Below are positions 12,788-24,456 of a DNA stretch of 64,000 nucleotides, in pieces. Position 1 is the first letter of the stretch. Each line of letters begins with the position of its first letter. This DNA is from Octopus sinensis (Eukaryota), in assembly GCF_006345805.1 (NCBI RefSeq), contig NC_043010.1, forward strand, positions 44,888,001 to 44,952,000, written 5' to 3'. The notes beneath the pieces are model-generated. The model was not told where the DNA came from and searched no databases. It saw only the letters and a program-made list of their open reading frames with translations. Made by a program: the position numbers and the translations under genes.

Positions 12788-13436
12788 CATTATTATTATT
12801 CTTATTATTGTTATTATTATTATTATCAGTATTATATGAGGACAGTCTGTTGCTATGCTTCCAAGTATTGCAATTCTCCGGCTTCCTCTTTCCTCAGCAC
12901 CGGTGTTATGCAAGTGAAAGGCCAATACTGTCTTGCATCAGTGACCTCGCAAACATTACTGATAGGACACAAACAGACGGAACAAGTACCCCAACACAAC
13001 TTCCCTGACCCTCGAGAAGATCCGCCAATTCCTTACCTTCGATTAGCATTATTTTTATCAACCACGAAAAGGTGACAAACAAGGTTGATCTCAGGGAGAT
13101 TTGAACTTATCCAGAGAACGACTCTACCAGTAAGCCGCCTTCAACAACTAGCACCCACCTCACACGTTCACAAACACACACACAAAATACACATAACACA
13201 ACACACACATACACACATCACAACACAACACACTCATACACAAGACACTCATACGCACACACACACAGAGAACAACATAAAACAAATACATATGTCAAAC
13301 AATCAAATCAGTCACTTCTCATACAGTGTTGAATAAAGGAAAGGCTTTTTCTTTATCTCCTCTTAACTTTCCGCTTTCGGCGCCTAATCACTAACTTTTG
13401 TAATTGTTCAGTACTTTTTTCTTTTTTCTGTTTTTT

Positions 13437-13804
13437 TTCTTTTACTTGTTTCAGTCATTTGACTGGCCATGCTGGAGCTTCGCCTTTAGTCGAAAAAATC
13501 GACCCCAGGACTTCTTTGTAAGCCTAGTACATATTCTATCAGTCTCTTTTGCCGAACCGCTAGGTTACGGGGACGTAAACACACCAGCATCGGTTGTCAA
13601 GCGATGTTGGGGGGACAAAAACAGACACACAAACATACACACACACATATATATATACATATATACGACGGGCTTCTTTCAGTTTCCGTCTACCAAATGC
13701 ACTCACAAGGCTTTGGTCGGCCCGAGGCTATAGTAGAAGACACTCACCCAAGGTGCCACGCAGTGGGACTGAACCCGGAATCATGTGGTTGGTAAGCAAG
13801 CTAC
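13437..13804 (-). mobile_element. CORE-like SINE lacking its first ~20 nt
   Basis: Complete body and tail; on the minus strand it begins gtagcttgcttaccaaccacatg directly after the ORF1-only element's AATAAAA. Confidence 0.9.
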
Positions 13805-15700
13805 TTTTATTCATCAAATTGGCCATGAAAGCCGTACATAGATAAGTAACTGCGGGCTGGACAAGGACATTAATGTGATGAGGATGATAACGATAAAATT
13901 GAATAAAAATGGGTGGGGCAACGGCGCCCGCCGACCGATAACCTCTCGAAAACAATGTTCAATCTAAAATCAAGAAAAATTAATATACAGTAATTAAATA
14001 CAAATATAAAAATTCCAAAAACAAAAATTCGTTTTTCATTCCTTGTCCGGGACCCCAAGTAAGTTTCCTGCCGCCTGCATTGGCAGGCCCGGACGGAGGG
14101 ACACAAAATCTTCATTATTTTACTCCTGAGCTCAATTAGTTCTTCTTGGGTGATGGCCTCCGCAGCCACCGGCGAAGGCCAACAATGACCGTCTATACAG
14201 ACCGAGTCGTATCGTTCACAGTCTAAAAGACTATCCAAATACATCTCAACAGGCCTTCCCTTGAAATAGAAAATGAAAAGTTCCACCCCTTTCTCACGGG
14301 GTGGGGCCTCAACCTTCTCTGTCAGGGCTTCTCGCTCCGGTGGCACACTTCCCACCGGGGGAGCCTCGTGTTCGGACGGCGGCACAACGACATCCGCTGA
14401 CCATCTCCAATTTCACTTCCTTCCTCTTTTTCAGTTACGGAAGTCGGGGCCTCCGTCGACACACCCGGGAGGTCCTCTTCCTCTCCCGCAACCTGCACTT
14501 CAACTGGTGAGCAACCACCATTGCTCACCTTTCTCTTTCTTTTCGTTGAAGCCGACGCCCCAACGACTTCCTCCGTTTCTCCCTGCAATGGAGAGAGGAG
14601 GGCACCTTAACCTTTTCCTTCTCCGGGACCTTACCGCGGCCCCGGGGGCAGACTTTCTTAATGTGGCGTGACTCCAGGAACGAGTGACACATGGGGAGCG
14701 GGGAGACCCTCACGTATCACTGGATATCTTGAGCCATCCATTTTCAAGAACTCAGGGAAAGTCATTTCACCCGCGGTTACTGGGGTCCATAGGGTCAAAG
14801 TTTCCTTTGCACCCTCTCAGTCGAACGCAGGCTTTATCTCTATATTTAAGAGCCTGGGCCCGCTATCCCACCAGGCCCCACCGGATGGCATCTGCAATCC
14901 ACCCCGCTTCGTTGCCCGGGGTCAGAACCACATACCCAAGCCCTTATCACCTTCCCACGATATGCGGGAAGAAACAAAATCTCCTGCCCTTCCAGGGGCT
15001 GGCCTGCCACAGTGTAAGCCTCCTCAGGGGTGTCAAAAAGCAGCCACATCGCGGTGTATTTGACACTCCTGGTTACATAATAATTTTTGGCTGGCAAACA
15101 ATTTGCCAGCTCTTTACTAATAATACCCTTGTCGAAGAGGCCGGTGGCGTCACGTGACGTTGAATAGGTCCTTAGTACTACCGTCCTCCTCTTAAAGTTT
15201 TTAATCCATTGCTTAGGTGGAATAACCTCCCACTCTAAGGCACTTTTTATATTTGCCATGTTAAAAATCAGTTCAAAAGAAGAAAGAAAGTCCAAATAAA
15301 TTAACAAGAAGTTCAAAAAGAAATAAACAAGTCAGTCCAAAGAATGAATAAAGATAAAATCCAAAAGAAACGCAAAAACAGTTCCAAAAAGAAAGAAAAA
15401 CACAGAAGGATAGAGAAAAAAAAAACAGTTTACACAGCAAACATCAATGGCCAACAGGTACTCATGGCCAACTTCGTAGGTTCAATGGTAATCCAACAAA
15501 TTCCAATGGCAAAATCCAGTAAGTTCGGGCGAGAATACGCCCCCTTTTTTTTCTCTTTTCCCAATTTAATAAAACAACAAACAGCAGCCGCTGGGCGAAA
15601 TTTATCAACAAACAAACAATTACTATTCAACAAATTACACCCAGCTCAAACGAAAACAAAACCACCTACCTCAACGGTCTTATGCTGATGTTCTTTTTTC
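13805..15700 (-). mobile_element. Near full-length Tx1/L1-type ORF1-only (HAL1-like) retroelement
   Basis: T-rich 5' UTR; ATG at 15259: MANIKSALEWEVIPPKQWIKNFKRRTVVLRTYS...LFLPAYRGKVIRAWVCG; degraded knuckle CHSFLESRHIKKVC; ORF ends near 14000; about 200-bp 3' UTR. No ORF2. Confidence 0.8.
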
Positions 15701-16144
15701 TTTCAGTTCAATATTATACGGAGATGACAACACACTCACGTCCACCTCGTCCAAAGAAGTGTTGTAGTAGTTTAAAGCTTCTGATATCGTCAAGAGATTA
15801 AATAAGTTGATTCAGTTTGTAATTTCAGACTCGCATCATTGAAGTAATATCAACCAGTACGCCAATCACAAAGAAATGTGCATCTTCTAATTGCCTGATG
15901 AGAGTGTTTTTATCATCCTTCAAGAGCTGCACTTTATTTTTCACCTCAAATAATTGCATGTACATAAATCTTTTATTTAGACATCATGCATACAATAATT
16001 TAATAAATCATCATACTCTATTTCGAATTCCGTCAAAATTTCCTTAAATTTTCAGTTTTCTCCAAGTTAATACATTCTTTTACCAGTTTCAACACATTCA
16101 GAAAGAATGTGTACATACATTTTATTAGCGAATAATATAATGGT

Positions 16145-16355
16145 TTCAAATTTTAGCACAAGGCCAGCAATTTCGGTGGGGTTAGGTGTAAGTCGGTTAC
16201 ATCGATCCCAATATCCAACTGGTACTTATTCAATCAACCCCGAAAGGATGAAAGACAAGGTCGATCGCAGTGGCATTTGAACTCAGAAAGTAGAAGCAGA
16301 AGAAATGCTGCTAAGCATTTTGTCCAACCCTGTAACGATTCTGCCAGGTCACTGG
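16145..16355 (-). mobile_element. Meta-domain-like SINE
   Basis: ggtttcaaattttagcacaaggccagcaatt tail through aaggatgaaagacaaggtcga core to head. Confidence 0.8.
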
Positions 16356-16434
16356 TGAATAAAAATACTGACACACCATGGGCGAGTGTCTTCTACTATA
16401 GCCTTGGGCCGACCAAAACCTTGTGAATTCGGTA

Positions 16435-16984
16435 GTTTTACAGCAATATTTATTTATTTTTGCGGAAGAACCTTACTTTGTTAAATTGGCTTTGTGAACA
16501 TAGATTTAGACATTGCTAACACATTTTACTTCACTCATCTGATTTGAAAATTGTCGATTGTCAGGATTTTTCGAAACATTTTATCATACATTATAACTTA
16601 CTCTGGCCGTAGTTTTTTTAATTCTTAGGTTGTCAATACATTGGCAGTCCTCGAGAATAGGGTGTGACTTCCACAGTTAAACAGATTAAAAATAGTAGCA
16701 TATACCAAGGCTCGTTCAAACAGTCGCCACATAATTTGTTCAACTGTGGAATGTCTTGACAACCTAAGAATTAAAAATAAACTACTGCCATTTTATATTA
16801 TGAGTAAGTAATAATGTATGATAAACTGTTTCGAAAAATTCTGACTAAAACAATCGACAATTTTCAAATTGGATGAGTGAAGTAAAATAAGTTAGCAATG
16901 ATGAAGTGTAAGTTCACAAAGCCAATTTAACAAAGTAATGTTCTTCAGCGAAAAAAAAAAAAAAAAAAAATATTGCTGTGAAAC
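16435..16984. mobile_element. Foldback/MITE-like element with ~245-bp imperfect inverted arms
   Basis: gttttacagcaatatt...ttactttgttaaattggctttgtgaac...cttccacagtt (16435-16680) mirrored by aactgtggaat...gttcacaaagccaatttaacaaagtaa...aatattgctgtgaaac (16741-16984). Confidence 0.85.
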
Positions 16985-18099
16985 CTCATGTTTCCAATAA
17001 ACTAGTAAAACAGTTTTTTTAACTTTGTAGTAAAATAAGAAAATTAAAACTACAATTATTATTTCTATTCGTAGCTTTCATCATTTAGGAGAACTTATTA
17101 ATAAAGGGACTTCTTTATCATTAATTGTAGTTCATTTCAAAATGCAAAGCACACATATTTTTATATGCGATATGAACTGACTCTCAAAAAATCAAGAAAT
17201 GATTTGTTTTTATGGAACAATAACACTTTTTTGATAAATGCTTTAGGCCCAACATGGCAGTTGGTTTTTTCAAAGCAGTTCCCATCTAAAATGGGTGTCG
17301 GCTCTACTTCTGACTCAAGGTTTTCTACCTGCAGTTTTGGAAAACCACTCTACTCTCCCCACACATGCACAAAATTAAATTTAAAATTCAAAATTGTACA
17401 AAAATGCCATACCCTATCTCATAACCTCTCTAGATTTTAACTTCTCACTTTACACAATCTATTATCTAAAATACTGCCTGTGTACCTTCAGACAACGAAA
17501 GAAATTCTGCATAATTTCTACGAGCTGATATTCGGATATATCATGTCCAGCCAGTTTGAGGTTATCATAAACAACATTTGGATGAATATTTGCTGCAGCA
17601 GAAGACTCCCTACCTCCTATCGCTTAATTAAGATATACAAACCTTGATGCAAACTAAAAATTATACTTATCGTCTCTGGAAAAGTTCGACTATTTCGTAA
17701 AATTTCATGGTTCTGGTCAAAAATCTTTAAATACTTACTCCACACTTTTTCCGGATATATCAGCGGCTCCAATAAAATCATCGGACCAAAATCCCTCAAC
17801 ACCACAACACTAAGACAAAATCGATATAACTTATTCTAAACGTAATTTCCCTCTATAATTTTCTACCTGCTTAGCCGTCAATTTGATAACCGACCGTTCC
17901 ACTTCTACCAACTCTCTGCTGCTTCGATCTTGATTCTTTGGAAACCCACGAATACTGGCTATACTCGTTAGCAATAAATACTTTCAGTTTGACAACGCCT
18001 TGTAAAAGAGATTTCTTGACTACCGATGGTTTCAGGCCCGAGTAAGTGTAAAGCGCTTAGAACTTGCTATTTCGATGCTTTCTTCTCCATATATCTTTT

Positions 18100-18685
18100 A
18101 TCTTTTAATTGTTTCATTCTAGAACACCGCTTTGAGGAATTTTTTAGTCGAATGAATCGATCCCAAGACTTATTTTTTGAAACCTGGTGATTATTCTATC
18201 GGTTTCTTTAGCCGAACCGCCAAGTTACGGGGACGTAAACGCACCAGCACCATTTGCCAAGCAGTGGTGAGAGACAAAGAGACAGACAGACACACACACA
18301 CACACACACACACAGAGTCAATTCGAATAAATGAACATTAAAGTTAACAATAACAAACAACAAGAGGACGTGCACAAAGAATGTTTGACTCTCAGTAAAA
18401 ATAGATTTTGACGTTTCGACATTTTTTGACGTTTTTTTAAAGTTTTTAACGTTTCGAGCATAGCTCTTTGTTGGAAAGGAGAAAAGGAAAAGTCCGAAGA
18501 AAGAAAAGAAATCGCCAACAGCACGTGTGTAGGGATTCTTTCAGTTTCCGTCTACCAAATCAGCTAACAAAGCTTTGGTCGGCTCAAGGCTATAGTAGAA
18601 GACACTTGCCCAAATTGTCACGTAGTGGGACTGAACCCGGAACATTATGGTTGGGAATTAAACTTCTTACCACACAACCACGATG
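18100..18685 (-). mobile_element. CORE-like SINE split by a Penelope-tail-like insert in its internal microsatellite
   Basis: 3' half about 18100-18300, insert about 18320-18530, 5' half about 18530-18685. Confidence 0.75.
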
Positions 18686-19494
18686 TCTTTATGCTGACTT
18701 CCTCTCATGAGGAAGCCGTCAATATATCACAAGTTTAACATTGACGAACATATCGAATTTGAAATTCAATACCTCAGAGCTGTCTCTTTCTGCTCGAACA
18801 CAGAGAAAGGATTTATATATAGCTATTTCTGCAGAAGAGTGACCAATAGGGGTCGCGACCCATTTGTACATTACACAACAGCCATTTCCATCCAAGTCAA
18901 GCCAACTTACATACAAAATGAAATTTTCCGAATCTGTAACATGCGCGCATGCGCAGCAAGGTAGACGGTAAAGTCTCCCAAAATAAACTGTCACAAATGA
19001 CAAATGCACATTAATTAACTTTAATTAACTATCCCATCACTAACATTGATGCGTGCTCGAAGACTAACATGCAGTACGAAATAGTCTGCAAAAATAACGT
19101 GGTGTATCCTATATTGGAGTCGCCGTGCGCAAATTACATATTAGTATTAAGGAAAACGTCCTCACAAATACATCTAGAGAAACGTGACACACAAAAACAT
19201 CACTGTTTACACCGAGACCATATAACAAACATTGGCATTTTGAGGATTAAGAAGGCTTTTCTCATTGATAAACTGAAACTATCTTCTAACAATAAACGTA
19301 AACTTCACAACACGGACTGGATATTATAACAGTACCTGTTCGAATATGTCACAACCGTCACTTGCTACATATCTGTACTAAAGATACCAGATACCCTCCT
19401 TTTCTTATGATAAAGGGATTTTAACATCGAAATGTTGAAATATAAGATGATTAAATTGTCTTCTTGTCATTGTCATTTGTATATTCATTCTACT

Positions 19495-19893
19495 CTTACT
19501 CTTTACTTGTTTCAGTCATTTGACTGCGGCCATGCTGGAGCACCGCCTTTAGTCGAGCAAATCGACCCCAGGACTTATTCTTTGTAAGCCCAGTACTTAT
19601 TCTATCGGTCTCTTTTGCCGAACCGCTAAATGACGGGGACGTAAACACACCAGCATCGGTTGTCAAGCAATGCTAGAGGGACAAACACAGACACACAAAC
19701 ATATACATACACATACATACATATATATACATATATACGACAGGCTTCTTTCAGTTTCCGTCTACCAAATCCACTCACAAGGCATTGGTCGGCCCGAGGC
19801 TATAGCAGAAGACACTTGCCCAAGATGTCACGCAGTGGGACTGAACCCAGAACCATGTGGTTGGTAGGCAAGCTACTTACCACACAGCCACTC
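19495..19893 (-). mobile_element. Full-length CORE-like tRNA SINE
   Basis: Head ggagtggctgtgtggtaagtagcttgcc through tail gactgaaacaagtaaagag. Confidence 0.92.
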
Positions 19894-20206
19894 CGTTATT
19901 TTTAAAATAATTTTGATAACTACTTTGATCACATCGCTTTAATCAAAATAAGCAAGTCTATCAATTTTAACTTTATATTCATAAACAAAAAAATCCAGGG
20001 TAAATCTATGAACCCAGCAGCCTTAGGGAGAAGATGACAATCATGCTGTTCGGATTAAAATTAGAATCCGAGCGACATGAAATTAAATACAATATGGATT
20101 TTGCATCTCTTTCTCGCTCTCTGTCTCTCTTCCTTCTCTGGCTCTTTCACTATCTCTCTCTTCCTGTCTGTCTGTCCTTGTTTTCGTCTGTCTGTCTAAC
20201 TATCTG

Positions 20207-20268
<62 letters not shown>

Positions 20269-21734
20269 GTTATTTCCAACAACCTCCTCTCACAAGTTCG
20301 ATTTTTTTTTTACTTTTACAAAGGCTTCATTAAATTTTGAAGATGGGGAAACGAAATGTGAAATTCGAGCCCAATTAAATTAGTATTAATGACAAAAGAC
20401 AAGAAACGGATTTTTATGAGAATTTAACAGTCCAGAAGCTCTACGGAGATCACCAGTTCTTTGTTTTTGGCTAGTTGAAATGACTTAGTGTAACAAACTG
20501 CGAAAGACACAACCCTATCATTGAAATTATTAACAACAGAACACGTCACCATAAAGAATATGTATATGGTATAATGGCATATAATTTGGTAGTTTGCTCT
20601 GTAGTCGAGAATTTAAATTTCCTCCGGGTAGATTTGAATTTAGCGTCTGTTTGGGCCCTGAGTTTTACAGTGACAATTGTTCGTAAACTTGATATTGGCC
20701 AGTTGTAGCTTGTCTTGAGCTATTTCAGATTTTGGCAAAATGTTCATGGACACAATAAGATAGAAATGGATAAAATTTGTGGTTCACAACAACTGAATCG
20801 TCTGTACTTTCTTGAATAAAATACTGCATTATATCCGTTATTATACCGCTTCATTTAGAGAGTGATAGATTTCAGAATCAGATGAGCCGAACAAAATGCT
20901 TTCAGAATCTTTTGGCTCATCAAATTTTAAGTTCAAATTTCGTCGGAACTGACTTTGTATTCCTCTCTTTCCTAGTGATAATAAAATAAGTAATTAAATG
21001 TAGCGTTCAATTAAAGTGATGTGTCTCGCTCATCAAATTAAGTTATAATTTAGAAACCGTTCTTTTTGCTTTCTGGGAAATAATTGTTCTTAAAAAAGAA
21101 AGGAAACGGGCTGTTGTTGTTTTTTCGCCCGATAGCAGACCTGATTGATCTGCCTTACGCTGATAGCCGTTGTAGCCGTGACCATCTTGCCTTATTATAT
21201 ATCTAGAACTATAGTTTCAAATGTGCTTTTCGTTTTTTATTAAGATAGCAGAATGAAATTTCACGGAGGTTCGAGTGAACATATAAACGCATTAACGGGG
21301 ATGCGTTTACAATGTTGACCTCAAACCTCAATGAAATTTCATTCTGCTGTCTTAAAAAAAGCACATTTTTTGCAAAACTAGTTTTTTTTTAAATGTTTAC
21401 CTAACATGTTCTTGATTTAGGTTTTAAACTCTACCCTATCATCCAATCAACTATTCAAAGAGCTGGTGTCAGCCGGGTTTCATTACATCCAGTAAGTTCT
21501 AAACTGTGGTACTTTCGATACTATAGAAATATCCTATACTTTTGAATGTGATATTTCATTAACTTTTCAAAAATACACAAAGCAGGTTAAACAATAAAAC
21601 AGGAAAGAAATCGGGTATATTCTAAAACAAAATACAACAGGTGTGAAAGAAAGGTGCTTAATATAGGCACATACATATCTATACACATGAGTGCATACAT
21701 ACAGCCATACATATACACAAACATAAACATACAG

Positions 21735-21788
<54 letters not shown>

Positions 21789-21798
21789 TTATCTATCA

Positions 21799-22550
21799 AT
21801 ATTGTCACGCCTCCTTCCTTCAAACGGGAAGGAAGAGCTATTTTCATCATCCTTTTGGCTATGGCGAAAGAATGTATCTGGTGGACGCGTCTGAAAGGAT
21901 TGGAGACAAACACTTTCCTCTCTGGTCAATCTCTCATCAACTTCTTCAAGTACCACTTGAAAAGGAAAGTGAGAGTAAAGAGGCAAGTTTTGTCTAGCGA
22001 ATGTTTTAAAAAAAGATGGGTGAATGTAGCAAGGATGGCACGTATGAATGACGAAGCCACCTTGAGCATAATCCTATGAACCCAGAAATTGAAAACAGAG
22101 GGTTACCCACTTGAAAACAAATGTGGTAACATATAACAATATTGACCAAGGTTACCGTGGTCTTTTTCGTAGGCTTTTCTTCCCACTGATAAACCTTACT
22201 TGCTTTCCCCTTTACACCATATATCATAACACTGTGATACACGATCCCTATTGATTGTTTTTTTTCCTCTTCCCCTTTTTCCCCCCTTTTTTCTTCTTTT
22301 TTCATTTCTCTTTTCTTTTGTTCCTTTTCCTTTTCTTTTTTATATTTTTCTTTTTTCTTTTTTCTTTTATTTTTTAAAAATTTCTTTTGATTGTTCTTTT
22401 CTTCCCTTTTACGATCCCTCTTGATCGAAAACCTACGCCCCCCCTTTTTTTGTTTCTTTTGTTTTTTGTTTTTTTCATCCCCCAAAAGAAAAGCTCTACC
22501 TTGTAACTTGTCCCATCTGTGTGCAGCCCTGTGTGGCCAATAAAGAAACT
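21799..22550 (+). mobile_element. 5'-truncated 3' end of a Tx1-like LINE with 17-bp TSD, inside a (TCTA)n microsatellite
   Basis: ORF2 C-terminus IVTPPSFKREGRAIFIILLAMAKECIWWTRLKG...HLKRKVRVKRQVL...RW, homologous to 40310-41269. TSD tatctatttatctatca at 21782-21798 and 22551-22567. Confidence 0.9.
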
Positions 22551-22566
22551 TATCTATTTATCTATC

Positions 22567-22640
<74 letters not shown>

Positions 22641-22664
22641 TTATCTATCATCTATCTATCTATC

Positions 22665-22696
<32 letters not shown>

Positions 22697-22850
22697 GTCT
22701 GTCTCTATGTCTGTCTGTCTGTCTACCTATCTATCTATCATCTGTCTACCTACCTACCTACCTACCTACCTACCTACCTACCTACCTACCTACCTACCTA
22801 TCTATCTATCTATCTATCTATCTATGTATCTATCTATCTATCTATCTATA

Positions 22851-22885
<35 letters not shown>

Positions 22886-22927
22886 TTGTCTGTCTACCTG
22901 TCTACCTGTCTACCTATCTATCTATCA

Positions 22928-22963
<36 letters not shown>

Positions 22964-22967
22964 ATTC

Positions 22968-23026
<59 letters not shown>

Positions 23027-23027
23027 G

Positions 23028-23099
<72 letters not shown>

Positions 23100-23105
23100 G
23101 TATCT
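22551..23105. repeat. Compound (TCTA)/(TCTG)/(CCTA) microsatellite
   Basis: About 550 bp of tetranucleotide repeats; continues upstream at 21735-21798. Confidence 0.95.
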
Positions 23106-23760
23106 ATCCTTTGATCTCGGTGAAAAAGCCTTTGCAAGAATGAAAAGTAATGCGTAACAGAATAAATTATTCAAATTCAAAGAGAGAAAAATGCATATGA
23201 TTAACTGAAAACTTTCTCTCATTTTTGCTTTTATATACTTTTTTGAAAATTATCTACTGCCGACCAGACTAGATATATAGGCATACGTTTTCGGCCAATC
23301 CTTCCTATTCAAAATAAAACAAATTACATAAACAACAATCCCAAGAACATCCAGCTATTTTTAGAAATGTTGTTTTTGATTATGAATAATCACAATAGCC
23401 GAGAGAGCAATCGCATTAGAAACAAATGAAAATCTCAGCTCCTGTATCAACAGACGCAAATTTGCATTACAAATTTCGCGTAGGCTGTTTCATTAAAATA
23501 CTTCCTGTTACTGTAAACTTTAGGAAATCAAATAATATATATGTGTGTGTGTGTGTATGTGTGTGCGTGTGTGTGCGTGTCTGTGTATGTGTGGATAATC
23601 GGATGGAATATCCGAATGAAAAACAAAAGTATTAAAACAAATGGGCGTGCAGACACTCTGAGATGTATGTATACAGACAAATGCGTGCGCGCATCCAAAT
23701 ATGTAAAACTGACATACACACACAAACACCCACATACACCCACACGCACGCACGCACACA

Positions 23761-23813
<53 letters not shown>

Positions 23814-23833
23814 ATGAATAATTATAAGCACGT

Positions 23834-23899
23834 TGTCACAACACGTGACATTTTCTTCCTTTATTCTTATTGGAATAATTTGGCAAAATGTTATATAAG
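23834..23899 (+). promoter_or_regulatory. Candidate core promoter of the Pif-like gene
   Basis: TATATAAG at 23892-23899, about 95 nt before the ATG; reverse CCAAT (ATTGG) at 23869-23873; E-box CACGTG inside the TGTCAC..GTGACA inverted repeat at 23834-23850. Motif-only evidence. Confidence 0.4.
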
Positions 23900-23992
23900 T
23901 GGCCAACTTTGAACTTTGGAACCATACCTCTGTGAACTCGCAGAAACTAACTTTGCCTCTCAGCTGTACCTAACTACATTCCTGAAAAAACA

Positions 23993-24071
23993 ATGAAAAT
24001 CTTTCTTGGGTTTTTGTTACTCTGCGTAACATGTTTATCAGCATTTGCTCTTGAAAATAGTTATCTAATAA
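23993..24071 (+). CDS. Exon 1: signal peptide
   Basis: ATG at 23993, MKIFLGFLLLCVTCLSAFALENSYLI, donor A|GTAAGT at 24072 (phase 1). Confidence 0.85.
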
Positions 24072-24403
24072 GTAAGTAAATGGTTTCTGTATATTCTTCA
24101 TTCATTTTCTTTCATTTTTTTGTTGTTTTCTGCTTGTCGTCGCGCTTTTCATCTGAATGTGTGGTTTTGTTTTGTCAATAGTTGTATTAACTTGTATAAG
24201 AAGGTGGTAAGTACCACGATTAATGTCACATGTCTTTCGACATTTCAACTGACGTGAAATCAAATTGAATATTGCACATGTTCATAGACATATACACAAT
24301 CTGCATAGACAAATACGGACCCATACAAATCCATCCATCCATCCATCCTATCTACCTATCTACCTATCTACCTATCTACCTATCTATCTACCTATCTATC
24401 TAC

Positions 24404-24456
<53 letters not shown>

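Noticed and set aside
15895-15930. Isolated CTGATGA heptamers (also near 28147, 40424 and 62474)
   Set aside because: No helix II/GAAA/helix III arrangement follows; expected by chance.
17165-18060. Possible very old Penelope-like RT remnant (91-aa ORF)
   Set aside because: Only faint motif resemblance by eye; cannot be supported without a profile search.
22006-22485. 159-aa Lys/Glu-rich minus-strand ORF
   Set aside because: Antisense reading of the T-rich 3' UTR of the Tx1 fragment.
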